A stretch of DNA of 64,000 bases from the human T2T-CHM13v2.0 reference genome, Homo sapiens. Under the pieces are notes generated by a model, which was not told the DNA's origin, did no database searches, and worked only from the letters and a program-made list of their open reading frames with translations. Within the stretch, counting starts at the first letter, position 1. Each line of letters begins with the position of its first letter. A program made the position numbers and the translations under genes. The stretch lies in the NCBI RefSeq assembly GCF_009914755.1, contig NC_060927.1; one strand, given 5' to 3'. Positions 47,459-64,000 of the stretch are shown here, piece after piece.

Positions 47459-50100
47459 AGAAATATCTCCCCCGTAAGTTCTAAGTACTTATGAACTTGA
47501 GAGCCTCCCACAAATATGGCTAATATTGTATCTAAACTAGCATCATGGAAGACCATGGGCCAGGGACTCTGAAACTGACAAAAGCTCATTTACAAAAGTA
47601 AAGATCTCACAGCCCACATACTTTATCCATTCCTTTAATGGGCAAATAAAATGTAGGGATAATCAAGAAATGTATTTACAGAAGCAAAAATGAGGAGGGT
47701 GGAGTATTAAATATACACCTACTGTAACAACAAGAGTATGGATGGATTTTCCTGGAGATTTTTAACTCTCCCCACAGAAACACCACAATGAACAAGTATC
47801 CACACCAAATATCACCTTCATAAGAACAAAAAATCAGATAAGCAACCACACTACCTGGTTTTAACATCATGTCAGGTAAAGAGGCACTGAAGTGGACAGA
47901 AAAAACAGTCTCGAATTGTCAACACCACCTCACACCAATCCTTTGGCAGTGGCTGTATGGCACAGAGAAAGAATTTGTGCAATAGGGGAAGAGAGAGTGC
48001 AGTGATTGAGGGACTTCGCATTGGAACTCTGTGCTGCCCTGTCACAGTGGAAAGCAACACTGGGAAGAACTCAGCTGGTGCCCACAGAGGGAACATTTAG
48101 GCCAGACCTAATCAAGGGGAATTGCCCATCCCAGCAGTCAGAATCTGAGCTCCAGCAAACCTCACCATCATGAGCTAAAGTTCTCTGGGGCCTTAAATAA
48201 ACTTGAAAGACAGTCTAGGTCACAAAAACTATAATTCCTGGGCATGTCCTGATGATGTTCTGGCTTGAAGCCAGTGGAATTGGGGGACATATGACACAGT
48301 TAGACATGAGCCAAGGTGGCACCACCCCTCTCTCAACCCTAGGCAGCACAGCTTGCAGCTTCAGGAGAAACTCCTTCCTTTAGCTTAAGGAGAGGAGAGG
48401 GAAGAGTAGAGGACTTTGTTTTGCTATTTGGCTACCAGCTCAGCCACAGTAGAATAGGGCACCAGTCAGATTCCTAAGGCCTTCATTCCAGGTCCTAGTT
48501 CCTGGATAACATTTTTAGACACAATTTGAGCCAGAAGGAAACATGCTACCTTGAAGAGAAGAACCCAGTCCTTGCAGGATCCATAACCTACTGACTAAAG
48601 AGCCCTTGGGCCCTGAATAATTAGTAGCAATAGCCAGGCAGTACTTGCTGTGGGCCTTGGGTAAGATTCAGAGATGTGCTGGCTTCGTGTGCGACCCAGC
48701 ACATTCCTAGCTTTAGTGGCTACAGGAAAGGAATCCTTCTGCTTGAGAATAGCAGAGGGAAGAGTAAAGGGGACTTTGTCTTGCAGCTTAGGTACTAGCT
48801 AGGCCACAGTGGGGTAGAGGACCAAGTGGACTCTTGGGATGTCTGATTTCAGGTCGTTGCTCTTCGATGGCATTTCTGTTCCTGCCTTAGGTCAGAGAGG
48901 AGCCCACTGCCCTGAAGGGAGCGTCCTAGGCCTAGAAACATCTACCACAAGCTGACTGAAGAGCCCTGGGACCTTGAATGAACTTCAGTAGTAGTCAGGA
49001 AGTACTTGTCACAGGTGTGGGGTGGTGGTGGCCATGAGGAGTGACTCCTTTGCTTGTGAAAATGGAGGGAAGAGTGGGAAAGACTTTGTCTTGTGGCCTG
49101 AGTGCTAACTTAGCCACAGTAGAATAGTGCACCAGGTAGAATCCTAAGGTTTCTGACTTCAGGCCCTAGCTCCCAGACAGCATCTTGGAACCCACCCAGG
49201 ACTAGCAGGATCTCACCTCTCTGAAGGGAAAGATGCAAGCCTGGCTGGCTTTGCCACCTGCTGATTGTACAGCCCTAGGGCCTTTGAGCAAACATAGGTG
49301 GAAACCAGGCAGTGGTTACTGCAGGTCTTGGGTGAGACCCAGTGCTGTGCTGGCTTCAGATCTTACCAAACACAGTCCCAGTGGTGGTAGTGACATAGGC
49401 GTTTGTGTCACTCCTCCCTCACCTCCAGGAAATTCAGCACAGAGGGAAACACTCTACTTTTTTGGGAGAAAGTAAGGGAATAGAAGAGTCTCTGCTTGGT
49501 AATGCAGATGATTCCTCTACATCTTATCCAAGACCAAGGTGGTACCTCTGTGAGTCTGTAGGAGCCACTCCATTACTGGGATTATAATGTCCCTTAATGC
49601 AGAGATGGCTGCAGTGACCAAAATCTTAAACACTCAAGTGTCTTTGAACACCCGAAAGCCTTCCCAAGAAAAACAGGTACAAACAAGTCCAGACTGCAAA
49701 GACTACAGTAAATGCCTAACCCTTCATTGCCCAGACACTGATGAATATCTACAAGCATCAAGATCATCCAGGGAAACAGGACCTCACCAAATGAACTAAA
49801 TAAGGTACCAGGGACCAATCCTGGAGAGATAGAGATTTGCGGCCTTTCAGACAAAGAATTCAAAATAGTTGTTTTGAGGAAACTCAACACAATTCAAGAT
49901 AACATAGAGAAGGAATTATTAATTCTATCACATAAATGTAACAAAGAAATTGAATAATTAAAAAGAATTCAGCAGAAATTCTGGAGTTGAAAAATACAAT
50001 TGACATACTGAAGAACACATCAGTCTCTTAATGGCAGAATTGGTCACACAGAGGAAAGCACTGGTGAGCTTGAAGACAGGTTATTTGAAAATGCACAGAG

Positions 50101-50409
50101 GCCAGGCATGGTGGCACACACCTGTAATCCCAGCACTTTGGGAGGCCGAGGCAGGCAGACCACGAGGTTAGGAGTTCGAGACCAGCCTGGCCAACATAGT
50201 GAAACCCTGTCTCTAGTAAAAACAAAAATAAATAAATTAGCTGGGCATGGTGGCACGCACCTGTAATCCCAGCTACTCAGGAGGCTGAGCCAGGAGAATC
50301 ACTTGAACCCAGTAGGCGGAGGTTGCAGTGAGCTGAGATTGCACCACTGCTCTCCAGCCTAGGCAATAGAGTGAGACTCTGTCAAAAAAAAAAAAAAAGA
50401 AAAGAAAAG
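50101..50409 (+). mobile_element. Alu, AluSg-like, inside L1MA ORF1
   Basis: Perfect TSD GAAAATGCACAGAG at 50087-50100 and 50410-50423. Confidence 0.95.
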
Positions 50410-51517
50410 GAAAATGCACAGAGAAGATAAAAAATAATTAAAAAGAATAAAACGTGCCTAAAAAATCTAGAAAATAGCCTCAAGAGGGCAAGTCTAACAG
50501 TTATTTAGATTTAAATACACTTAAAGAGGAGGTGTACAGAGAGATGAAGTAGAAAGTTTATTCAAAGGGATAACAAACAACTTCCTAAACCTAGAGGAAG
50601 ATATCAATATTCAAGCAGAAGAAGGTTATAGAACAGCAAACAGATTTATCCAAAGAGACTCCATGAAGGCATTTAATAATTAAACTCCCAAAGGTCAAGT
50701 TTAAGGAAAGGATCCTAAAAGCAGCAAGAGAAAAGAAACGAATAACATACAACGAGCTCCAATGTGTCTGACAGCAGACTTCAGTGGAAACCTTACAGGG
50801 CAGGAGAAGGTGGCATGACATATTTAAAGTGCTGAATGAAACAACAACAACAACAAAAACTTTTATCCTAGAATAGTATATCTGGCAAAAAATATTCTTC
50901 AAACATCAAGGAGAAATAAAGACTTCCCCAGACAAACAAAAGCTGAGGGACTTCATCAACACCAGATCTGTCCTACAAGAAGTGCTGAAGGAAATTCTTA
51001 AGTACGAAAGAAAAGGGCATTAATGAGCAATAAGTAAGCATCTGAAAGTATAAAATGCACCGGCAATAGTAAGTACAGAGAAACACACAGAATATTCTAA
51101 CACTGTAATTGTGATGTGTAAACTAAACACATCTTGAATACAAAGACTAAAGGATGAACCAATAAAAAATAATAATTACAACAACTTTTCAAGACATAGA
51201 CAGTATGATAAGATATAAATAGAAAAAACAAAAAGTTAAAAAGTGGGGGGACAAAGTTAAAGTGTAAATTTTTTATTAATTTTCACTTTGCTTGCTTGTT
51301 TGTTTACGCAGTGTTAAGCTGTCATGAGTTTAAAATATTGGGTTATATTATTTGCAATACTCATGGTAATCTCAAATCAAAATGCATACAGCAGATACAC
51401 AAGAGGTAAAAATCAAGAAATTAAAACAATATTGCCAGAGAAAATCAGCTTCACTAAAAGGAAGACAGAAAGGAAAAAAAGGAAAGACCACAAAACAACT
51501 AGAAAACAAATAGCAAA

Positions 51518-55570
<4,053 letters not shown>

Positions 55571-56504
55571 TAAAAGTTAAAACAATTGAACTCATGGAGA
55601 CAGAGGATAGAATAATAGTTACCATAGGCTTAGAAGGGTATTGTGGTGGGGGAGGGGGCACGATAATTAATAGGTTCAAAAATATTGTTAGCTAGAATAA
55701 ATAAGATCTAGCATTTGATAGGACAATGGGGCAAGTACAATTAACAATAATTTGTTGGACATTTAAAAATAACTAAAAGACTATAGCTGAGTTGTTTGTA
55801 ACACAAAGAAAGGATAAATGCTTGATGTGGATGGATACCCCATTTATCTTGATGTGATTGTTATGCATTGTATGCCTGTAACAAAATATCTCATGTACTC
55901 CATAAATATGTATACCTACTCTGTGACCAGAAATGTTAAAAATTAAAAATTAAAAAAGTATATGGGTGATTTCTACCTCAACTGCAGCACATATGTGTTG
56001 AGTATCAATTGGAAAATAAGTCAAAAATTATGTTAATGCACCAGTATACACCGAATGATTAAATAATCCAAGAAATAAATAATAAATCTTAGAAGTATTC
56101 ATAATGAACTCTTAATTCTTTATTAAACTGAAATCTATGAAGTCGTGTGTCATTTATCTGTAACAGTAAAACAAAGTACTTGCATATTTGAATCAGTTAT
56201 CTGGCCATTATCTGGACTTTCATAGCTTGGCACTGAGCCACAAATCATATACTGAGAATTACTTTCATGTAACCTTGCAACAGTGATCAAAATTGAGGTC
56301 TGTGTCATCTGATCCAAAAGTCGCTTTGAGTTCTTAAATCAGACAACATTCAGGAGGCATGAAGACCAATATTGTGATATATTTTATTATAAGGAAAACA
56401 TGGTAAGGTCACCAAGAAAAGCCTAGACTTGAAAGAGAAGAGCAAAATCAGGCCATGAAATTAGGCACTTATCTCTTAATGCAACTATCAATATGTTTTT
56501 ATTA

Positions 56505-56745
56505 CTAAAGGTAACAATTCTGAAGTACTTATTTTGTACCAGGAATTGTGCTAACTGCTTTGCATATATTGTCTTGTATAAACTTCAAAACAAACCAACA
56601 AAGTAGTTACTGTTATCCATACCCAGTTTACAGCTGAGAAACTGAGGCTTAGGAAGGATAAGCAACTCCTTTCAATACCACTTAGCCAATAACTAGTGAA
56701 ACAAGATTTTGGACCCAAAGTCCATGCTCTTAATCACTGTATTCC
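56505..56745 (-). mobile_element. MIR
   Basis: TTTACAGCTGAGAAACTGAGGCTTAG...CCAAAGTCCATGCTCTTAATCACT. Confidence 0.8.
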
Positions 56746-57396
56746 ATCATTGTATTCCATGTTTAATGTACTATTAGTTAATGTCTACCACAGATTAGAC
56801 TGCATCTTTTGTTATGAGGATTATTATCAAACTTAGATCCTTTTGACAGTAGAAGGAGGCATGATTAATAATTTTGTTGGGCATTCACAAGGACTGTCCC
56901 AGGCAAACAAGGATATATGTAATCCTATTTAATAACTTTCCAATCTGCATCCTGACATGATACATACACAGCAAGAATTTTAACATCAGTTTGTAATTGT
57001 AATTGGGTGTACAAGTTAGATTGTGTACCACAAACACCTGCAGGGTAACCATTGTGATATATAATGATGTGTTAACAGACCTCTAGTGCACTAGAAGAAA
57101 ATCTATTTTCCTGGCTTGAAAGGGACCAATGAATTGTATGGGTCCAAAGTGGTGCTTTGGGGCTATGTGGAGCAAGTTTGCACTGTGAAATTTCACAGAG
57201 GCAAGAACCTTTATGTTAACGAAAAAAGACTGGTACCTCTTTACAAAGCCAGTTCCCAGTGCCCCTGGCCCTGCAGGAAAGCAGTTCTACTAAACAGGTG
57301 ACAGACACATCTGCAGCAATGGATCTGTAGCCTGGGTCCAGGCTGAACTAGGATGTCAGAGCAGGTCTGGAGGCAAGAGATGGGTGGTAGAGACAT

Positions 57397-57764
57397 TGTA
57401 TTAGTCCATTCTCACACTGCTATAAAGAACTGCCTGAGACTGAATAATTTATAAAGGAAAAAGGTTTAATTGGCTCACAGCTCCACATGGCTGGAGAGGC
57501 CTCAGGAAACTTACGATCATGACGAAAGGGGAAGCAAACATGTCCTTCTTCCCATGGCAGCAGGAGAGAGAAGTGCAGAGCAAAAGAGGAAAAGTTCCTT
57601 GTAAAACCATCAGATCCCATGAGAACTCAGTCACTATCATGAGAACAGCATGGGGAAACTGCCCCCATTATTCAGTTATCTTCACCTGGTTCTGCCCTTG
57701 ATACATGTGGATTATTAGAATTCAAGGTGATATTTGAGTGGGGACATAGAGCCAAACCATATTA
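57397..57764 (-). mobile_element. Solo MaLR LTR, THE1C/D-like
   Basis: TGTATTAGTCCATTCTCACACTGCTATAAAG...GCCAAACCATATTA, 368 bp; TSD GACAT/GGCAT. Confidence 0.9.
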
Positions 57765-58764
57765 GGCATAGAGGTTTGATGGGAGAGAACAGAGCAAAAT
57801 GAGGCTGCAGGGCTAAGCAGAGCTATCCTCAATGGCGGTTATGCAGATTCCCTTCAGATATTGATCTTTTTATAACTTACTTTTATTAACTGAAAAATGA
57901 ACTTTTAAAACCTTTGTACTCCAATATTCTTTGAAACCATCATAAGGCATAGCACTTAATCTCTCAGAGTTGAAGATTTCTACCTTCATTCAACAAATAT
58001 TTCTTGAGGGCCCATTAAGTGTTCCAGGAAGTCTTCCAGGAGCTGGGGATGAGTGGTAAACACAACAAATTCTCTGACCTCATTACTGAGTATGTCTGAA
58101 GGCTTTTATGGAAAATGACACTTTTAAAAACGTATATAAACAATGTTTTTCCAAGTCATGAAAATTATATCCCCTCTTTAGCCCTCAGTTCCCTCAAGTG
58201 CAAAATAAAGGCATTGACCTGGCTACCTTTCCAGGGCTCTTCCAACTCTAAAATCCTATGGCCCTACTGTCACTTTCTTCAGGTTGGTGTGAAGGACAAT
58301 GCCTTTCTTTATTCAGCTTTTCCAATCTTAGTGTTAAAAATATAAATTCATCTCAAAACAGCACAATTCAATATTTTTTATACTCAGAATGCAAATCAAA
58401 AGTTTAAACACATATATCAACTGAGGAGCTAAGCAAGAAGTGTAGTTATGCAACCAACATGTAAGACACCCATCCAGTGGCCTCCTCTGAAAGCTACACC
58501 AGAAAGACTTACTCTTTCTGAAGAGCAATCTTGGTCAGATAATTCTTTGTGGGCGTTATGTGAACCAACATTTCAGAGAAACCATACAATGGCAGGGCAC
58601 TATAGTTGAAAGTGAAATTGTATTTTCCTTCTTACTATTCTTGCATCAGAAATGGAGAAAAGGATAAGAGTACTGCTCCTTTCCAGAATAAGAAGAAAAT
58701 TAGCCTATTTCAGAACCAGGACTGGTAACATTTGGAAAGCTAATATAGGGAAGGGAGAGAGAAA

Positions 58765-58960
58765 ATGAACTTTAATATTCCCATCCTACACGTCAACATT
58801 ATGCCATGACTTACATGCATGACCTCTAAGCCTCACAGGGAGTTGACCCGGTAAGCATTATTGTCTTCTGCTGTAAGATAAGGAAACTAGGGATGGAAGA
58901 GGCCAAGTAATTGCACATTATTAAGTAGATGTTATTTGAGTCCGAAGCCACACTCTTTCC
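58765..58960 (-). mobile_element. MIR fragment
   Basis: AGATAAGGAAACT...AAGTAATTGC...CCGAAGCCACACTCTTTCC. Confidence 0.5.
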
Positions 58961-59182
58961 AGGTGCTCTCCTTTTTGGGATACCCTAACATGTTTAATCC
59001 AGTTTAGAAATTCCAAATTTAATTATATATTCACAATTTTTACTGTTGGCTGTTCATATGTAACCTTGTAGTATTGCTATATTATCAACAACATATAGAA
59101 GTGCTCCTGATCACTGCATAAATATGCAGCACCATGCCCAGTACGTATAGATGCTCAAATATACTAACTATTCTCCTAGAAT

Positions 59183-59513
59183 CAGTGTTCCCCAACCTTT
59201 CTGTCACCAGGGACCGGTTTTATGGAAGACAATGGAATGGTATGGGGTTGGAGGGCAGGGATGGTTTTGGGCTGAAACTGTTCAACCTCAGATCATCAGG
59301 CATTAGATTCTCATAAGAAGCATGCAACGTGTATCCCACATGTGCAGTTCATGATAGGGTTCATGATCCTATGAGATTCTAATGCTGCCACTGATCTGAC
59401 AGGAGCTGAGTTCAGGCAGTAAAGCTTACACACCTGCCACTCACCTCCTGCTGTTAGGTGATCATAACAGGCCACCAATCAGTACTGTTCTGCAGCCCAG
59501 GGGTCGCAGACTG
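59183..59513 (+). mobile_element. MER1B (hAT-Charlie)
   Basis: CAGTGTTCCCCAACCTTT...CACCAGGGACCGGTTTT...CAGGCATTAGATTCTCATAAG; TSD CCTAGAAT/CCTTAAAT. Confidence 0.88.
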
Positions 59514-59659
59514 CCTTAAATGATTATAGCCTATGTTTTCTTAACTAGGCTAATTAACATTAGTGAAGATTAATTTGTTTTGAGATCAGACCAGCAGCTA
59601 AGCCAAATGAATGAGGAAACAGCTGATTTGGCACCAGCATGTTCATGAAGAATGAACAG

Positions 59660-60362
59660 TCTATGGATTCAGAAACTAAATTATGTATGTACTGAATATT
59701 AGTTTGGGCACTTAATAGCAACATGACTTTTGGCAAATTACTCCAACTGAGTGTCTGTATTATTCACTGTAAAACAAGGTAAATAATGCATTGCTGGATA
59801 TTTTGTTTAACTTTTATTTTAGGTTTGGGGGTACATGAGAAGGTTCGTTATATAGGTAACATCATATCACGGGGGTTTGTTGTATAAATTGTTTCATTAC
59901 CCAGGTATTAAGCCTAGTACCCAATAGTCATCTTTCTACTCTTCTTGCTCCTCCCACCCTCTACCCTCAAGTACACCCTGGCGTCTGTTGTTCCCTTCTT
60001 TGTGTTTATGAGTTCTCGTCATTGAATTCCCTTTTATAAGTGAGAATGTGGTATTTGGTTTTCTCTTCCTGTGTTAGTTTGCCAAAGATAATAGTATCCA
60101 GCTCCATCCATGTTCCCACAAAAGACATGATCTTGTTTTTATGGCTGTGTAGTATTCCATGGTGAATATGTACCACATTTTCTTTACTCAATCTGTCACT
60201 GATGGGCATTTAGGTTAATTCCAATGTCTTTGCTATTGTGAATGATTGCTAGATATTTGTGAAGATTAAATAAAAATATACAAATTAAATATTGAAATGA
60301 AAATATTACTAAACCCCTAGTACAGTGCCTGGCACATAGTAAGTACTCAATATTGTTATTAC
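59660..60362 (+). mobile_element. MIR interrupted by an L1PA fragment
   Basis: TTGGCAAATTAC...CTGTAAAA before the L1; GTGAAGATTAAAT...CAGTGCCTGGCACATAGTAAG after it. Confidence 0.75.
59804..60244 (-). mobile_element. Short 5'-truncated L1PA13-like 3' end
   Basis: GGGGGTACATG...CCCAGGTATTAAGCCTAGTACCC; TSD ATTGCT(G/A)GATATTT at 59790-59803 and 60245-60258. Confidence 0.88.
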
Positions 60363-60544
60363 TAATTTAAGGTAACACACACTTTAGTAACAAAAATGTT
60401 ATAGAAAAGAAAGAACAGTGATACTTTCAGTGCACATGCCGAAGATCTACTTTTGTTTTGCTTTGCTTTACAGCTATATTCATATTAGTAAAAGGTGCTG
60501 ATCAGAGTATAATGGGATAAAACCTATTTGATGGCAAACAGAGT

Positions 60545-61025
60545 CAAACTGATGGCCTCCAGGATTTCGCATAATCTAGCCCCTCCTATCTCTCTGAACT
60601 TATTTCACACCAGTGCCCTTTTATTTAATATTCTTGGGCATTTTTAATATTTCCCCAAATTCTCTAATCCTAGGATCTTTGCATCAGTGTGCCCTCTTTT
60701 CCAAAATCTTCACAAAGCTCGTGCTTTCTCACTATTTGAGTCTCAGAGCAAATGTGATCTCTCTACAGAAGCCTCCCTGACTACGCATCTTAGGTCCTGG
60801 CTCCACCTCCATCCATTACCATCTACCTTACTAATTTTATTCACAGCATTTATCATTATCTGAAATTATTTTATATATGTATTTAGTTTCTTGTTTATTG
60901 TCCATTTTCACCCAGTAAAATGTCAGTTCTATGACATAGACATCTTATTCCTACTTTGGTATCCTCAGAGCCTACAACAGTGTCTGGCACATAACAGGCT
61001 TTTAAATTCTTGCTGACTAAATAAG
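60545..61025 (+). mobile_element. L2 3' fragment
   Basis: AGAAGCCTCCCTGACTAC...CCTACAACAGTGTCTGGCACATAA. Confidence 0.7.
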
Positions 61026-61899
61026 CAGACTTTCATTTTGTTGTTCATACTTTCTTGAATTGCTTTATTCTACTGGAAGGAAATCCATAAATATTTTTGC
61101 TCATTTAATTGGATTTTTTCCACTTTCTAATCCCCCAAACATTCAATAATTCATCAACATCCTTGAGTAAATTTAAATTTGGATTGATTTCTACATTTAA
61201 AATCTGGATTTAGTATTTTTAGTAGAAGAATTCAATGGAAGTAGGAAGCCATTAATTGTGCAACTTCTCAGCATCTGATGCATGCATATGGTGTGGCTTT
61301 GTAGGGCTTCTGGGCAGGGCATTAAATTATGTGACAATAACAGAATACCAATAACATACCTGAGGCTGCATCAGACAGGGGATGATCTGTTTGTGTGTGG
61401 TTAGTTCTGTTGCTCCGTCAAGGGAAAGCAGCCTTTAGCTTTGTGAAGGCCAATGTGGATCCCTGACAGAAAGCTGCAGTCAGACACTATCACATTTTAA
61501 GAAAAATAAACTCTGTGATGATTCTGGCCAACCTCAATCTGTAATGTGGCTGAAAATGAACAGAGGTTGGGTGTTCAATTTCAGGCCAAGAAAGCTTCCG
61601 CAGCACTGGCTATTACAAGTGTCATATTTCAGTCCCTTTGGTTCACTTCACTTGGCAGGATTTGTTCAAGACAAGTCTGGAGTGATTTATCCTGTTCACT
61701 AATGAGTTCTTCCTCCAAAAGAGAAGTTCCTCCCAAGCTGGGGTCCAAGTCATTAGCACAAGGATCTGGAGGACTGCTCAGAGCTTAGGAGACTCAATTG
61801 GCAGAAGAAATTTGGGGTTCCAAATCAGCCAATTGTAAAGAGTCACGCAATCACTCGGGATCTCATAACTCTGATACACCGATAGAAAAGTATTTCTTA

Positions 61900-62930
61900 A
61901 ATTTTAAAATTAATCTTTATCCATGGTAAGCATACGAATTATACAGTCTTGGAGACTGGAAAATAGATTTAAAAACCAATCCCACCCACCTCCACAAAAG
62001 CACATTCTCAAGAGATAACCACTATTATAAGTCTTCTTGGCATCCTTCTAAACATTTTCTAGATATATGTGCTCATGCATAGGTAAATAGACGGATAGTG
62101 ATAGGACCAATCAAAGAATACGATTCCTCAACTTACAGGGCATGGCACTCTGCAATGATGGCCCTAATTCTTCACTCCTTCCTGTAACTTTGCAGTGCTT
62201 TCCTACCATGGGTAGTTGACCTGCTCCATCATTTGGCATTGAGCTCAGCCACGTCAAATGCTTTGGCTAATGGGATGTTAGCAGAATTGAAAGAGCAGTG
62301 GTTTGAAATAGTGTTGTGCATTGGGGCTGCTCTCTTGAACCTCTACTGCCATATTAAGAATTTGTCTCAGCTCGCCTGCCAGGGTATATGAGGCACATGG
62401 AGCAGAGCTGAGTGATCCCAGTCACCCCAGCCCACACCAAAAGCCTGCCAACAGCCTGCCAACAACATTCAGATATATGAGTTGATCAACAAAGATCAAC
62501 AAAGACTACTAGCTACTCCACCCACATTTGACCCCAGATGCTTGGGGAATGAACACATTGTTGTATGGCCACTGAGGTTGGTAGTTATTTGTTAAGCAAC
62601 ATTATTGTGACAGTAGGTAACTAATACGTATGTCTTAGAGCTTTTTCCATATTGGCACAAAAAGACCTACCTTTTTGTTTTCACTAACTGCAAAATATTC
62701 CATTGTGTGTAAGTACTGTAAGTGCTCTGATTTAGTTAATTCATCCTCTGTTGACAGGCATTTAGGTTGTTTCCAGCTTTTTGCTAGCCAAACAACACTG
62801 CCAAGGACATATCCCAGATAGATATCTATCTAGATATCTAGACTTGGCACACTGATCCAAAGGATACATTTCTAGAGGTAGAAATGCTACATCAAAAGAT
62901 GCGCATTTCAAATTTTGCTAACTATTGTCA
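61900..62930 (-). mobile_element. Ancient L1ME 3' fragments flanking an MLT1 LTR
   Basis: AGAGATAACCACTATT; ATATTCCATTGTGTG...CATTTAGGTTGTTTCCAG. Confidence 0.55.
62135..62628 (+). mobile_element. MLT1H-like MaLR LTR
   Basis: GCTTTGGCTAATGGGATGTTAGCAGA...CACATGGAGCAGAG...GCCACTGAGGTT...TAACTAATAC. Confidence 0.75.
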
Positions 62931-63232
62931 TAAAAACTTGCTTCTAAACTGTCTGTGCAGGTCACCATCTAATTTTAAGGACGAGAAAGGTTTCTAGCCT
63001 CTTCTAAAACTAATGCATCTTTTTGAAAGAATGTTACAGGAATTTGATATTTATTAACTTCTAAATTTTACTAACATTATAATGTTTCTTGTCTTCAAAG
63101 TATACAAAATATTGACTATTGTCATCACTATGTTTTGATATACAGAGCCTTTTCTTTCTTTGTTTGTTTATTTCTGAATACAAGAAGTTATATCCTCAAG
63201 GTCAGACTTCATTAGCTCTGACGGTCTGGCTT

Positions 63233-63411
63233 GGGAAATTCCCATAAAGGACTGGAAGTGCAGGGCTTCAGCTCTAAGACTTGGTGATAGCCTGAAGCCT
63301 CAGGGGGAACAGATGGCAGAACTCAGTAACCACCAAACTACCTCTCCTTTCATAAAATTCTCTCCTCTTTGATGTTAGGTAATGAAAAGAACGAAGGCTT
63401 TGGGGTTCCCC
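63233..63411. promoter_or_regulatory. Pair of NF-kB consensus sites (candidate enhancer)
   Basis: GGGAAATTCCC at 63233-63243 and GGGGTTCCCC at 63402-63411; motif only. Confidence 0.35.
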
Positions 63412-63689
63412 AGAATTTAGTTTGATCAGAGTGTTGCCTTTTATGTACTGTGTGGGTTTAAGTATGCTATAGAAATTCATGGGCCTCAGTTTTCTCGCCC
63501 ATGCAAGAAAATGGTGATATTTATTGTTTTGTGAAATCTAGTCCACTTCTCATATCTGTTGCTCCTTGCAAACAAACGAAAACATGAGGCAGCTGCTGGG
63601 ACAACTCACATCTCAGGAATGAGGAAGCATATTGAAGTGAAAAGAGCACCACGAACTTGTGTTTAAAGGCTCACAGTGCATCCTCCTGC

Positions 63690-63880
63690 TGACCTTCCTG
63701 AGTGACCTTGTGTGTGGTCAGTTAATCTCTCTGCACTTTGTTTCCTCCATTGTGAATGGGGATATGAAATCTGTCTTGCAGGGCTGGAGGGAGGACTAGA
63801 GGTGCTGTGTGTGAAGCACCTAGCACAAGGTTTGACACACAGAGGACTCCCAATAGTGGTACTTCTTAGTACTTTTATTT
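63690..63880 (+). mobile_element. MIR
   Basis: GTGACCTTG...GTTAATCTCTCTG...GTGAAGCACCTAGCACA. Confidence 0.7.
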
Positions 63881-64000
63881 GTGTGGCTCTCCTGACCATA
63901 AATGAGTGGTTGTGTTGTCATTTTACCTCACTCTTCCCCACTTCCCACAGTATTTAATCTAATTTAGGGAGCACATTCTTTCTCCACATTTTCACATCTC

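Overview
Primate (hominid-type) non-coding DNA, AT-rich and dominated by interspersed repeats. No host protein-coding gene, rRNA, tRNA or CRISPR array can be supported. The window holds a full-length L1PA3-like LINE-1 (36816-42855, minus; ORF1 open, ORF2 broken by two 4-bp slippage insertions and one stop), a 3-kb 5'-truncated L1PA, three 5'-inverted (twin-primed) L1PA insertions and an old ~8-kb full-length L1MA carrying two Alus. It also holds an RPS2 processed pseudogene, nine Alus, solo MaLR/ERVL LTRs (MSTB-, THE1D-, MLT2B-, MLT1-like), MER DNA-transposon fossils and many L2/MIR fragments. All long ORFs in the track are L1-derived. I did not find a convincingly new biological system. The most notable observations are re-use of one L1-endonuclease site by an RPS2 retrocopy and then an inverted L1, a 56-bp tandem duplication starting at a TT/AAAA site, shared rare variants between neighbouring L1s, an extended ORF0, a near-perfect p53 element, paired NF-kB sites and a candidate 69-nt cassette exon. 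Subfamily calls come from recalled consensus features, and boundaries of old repeats are approximate.
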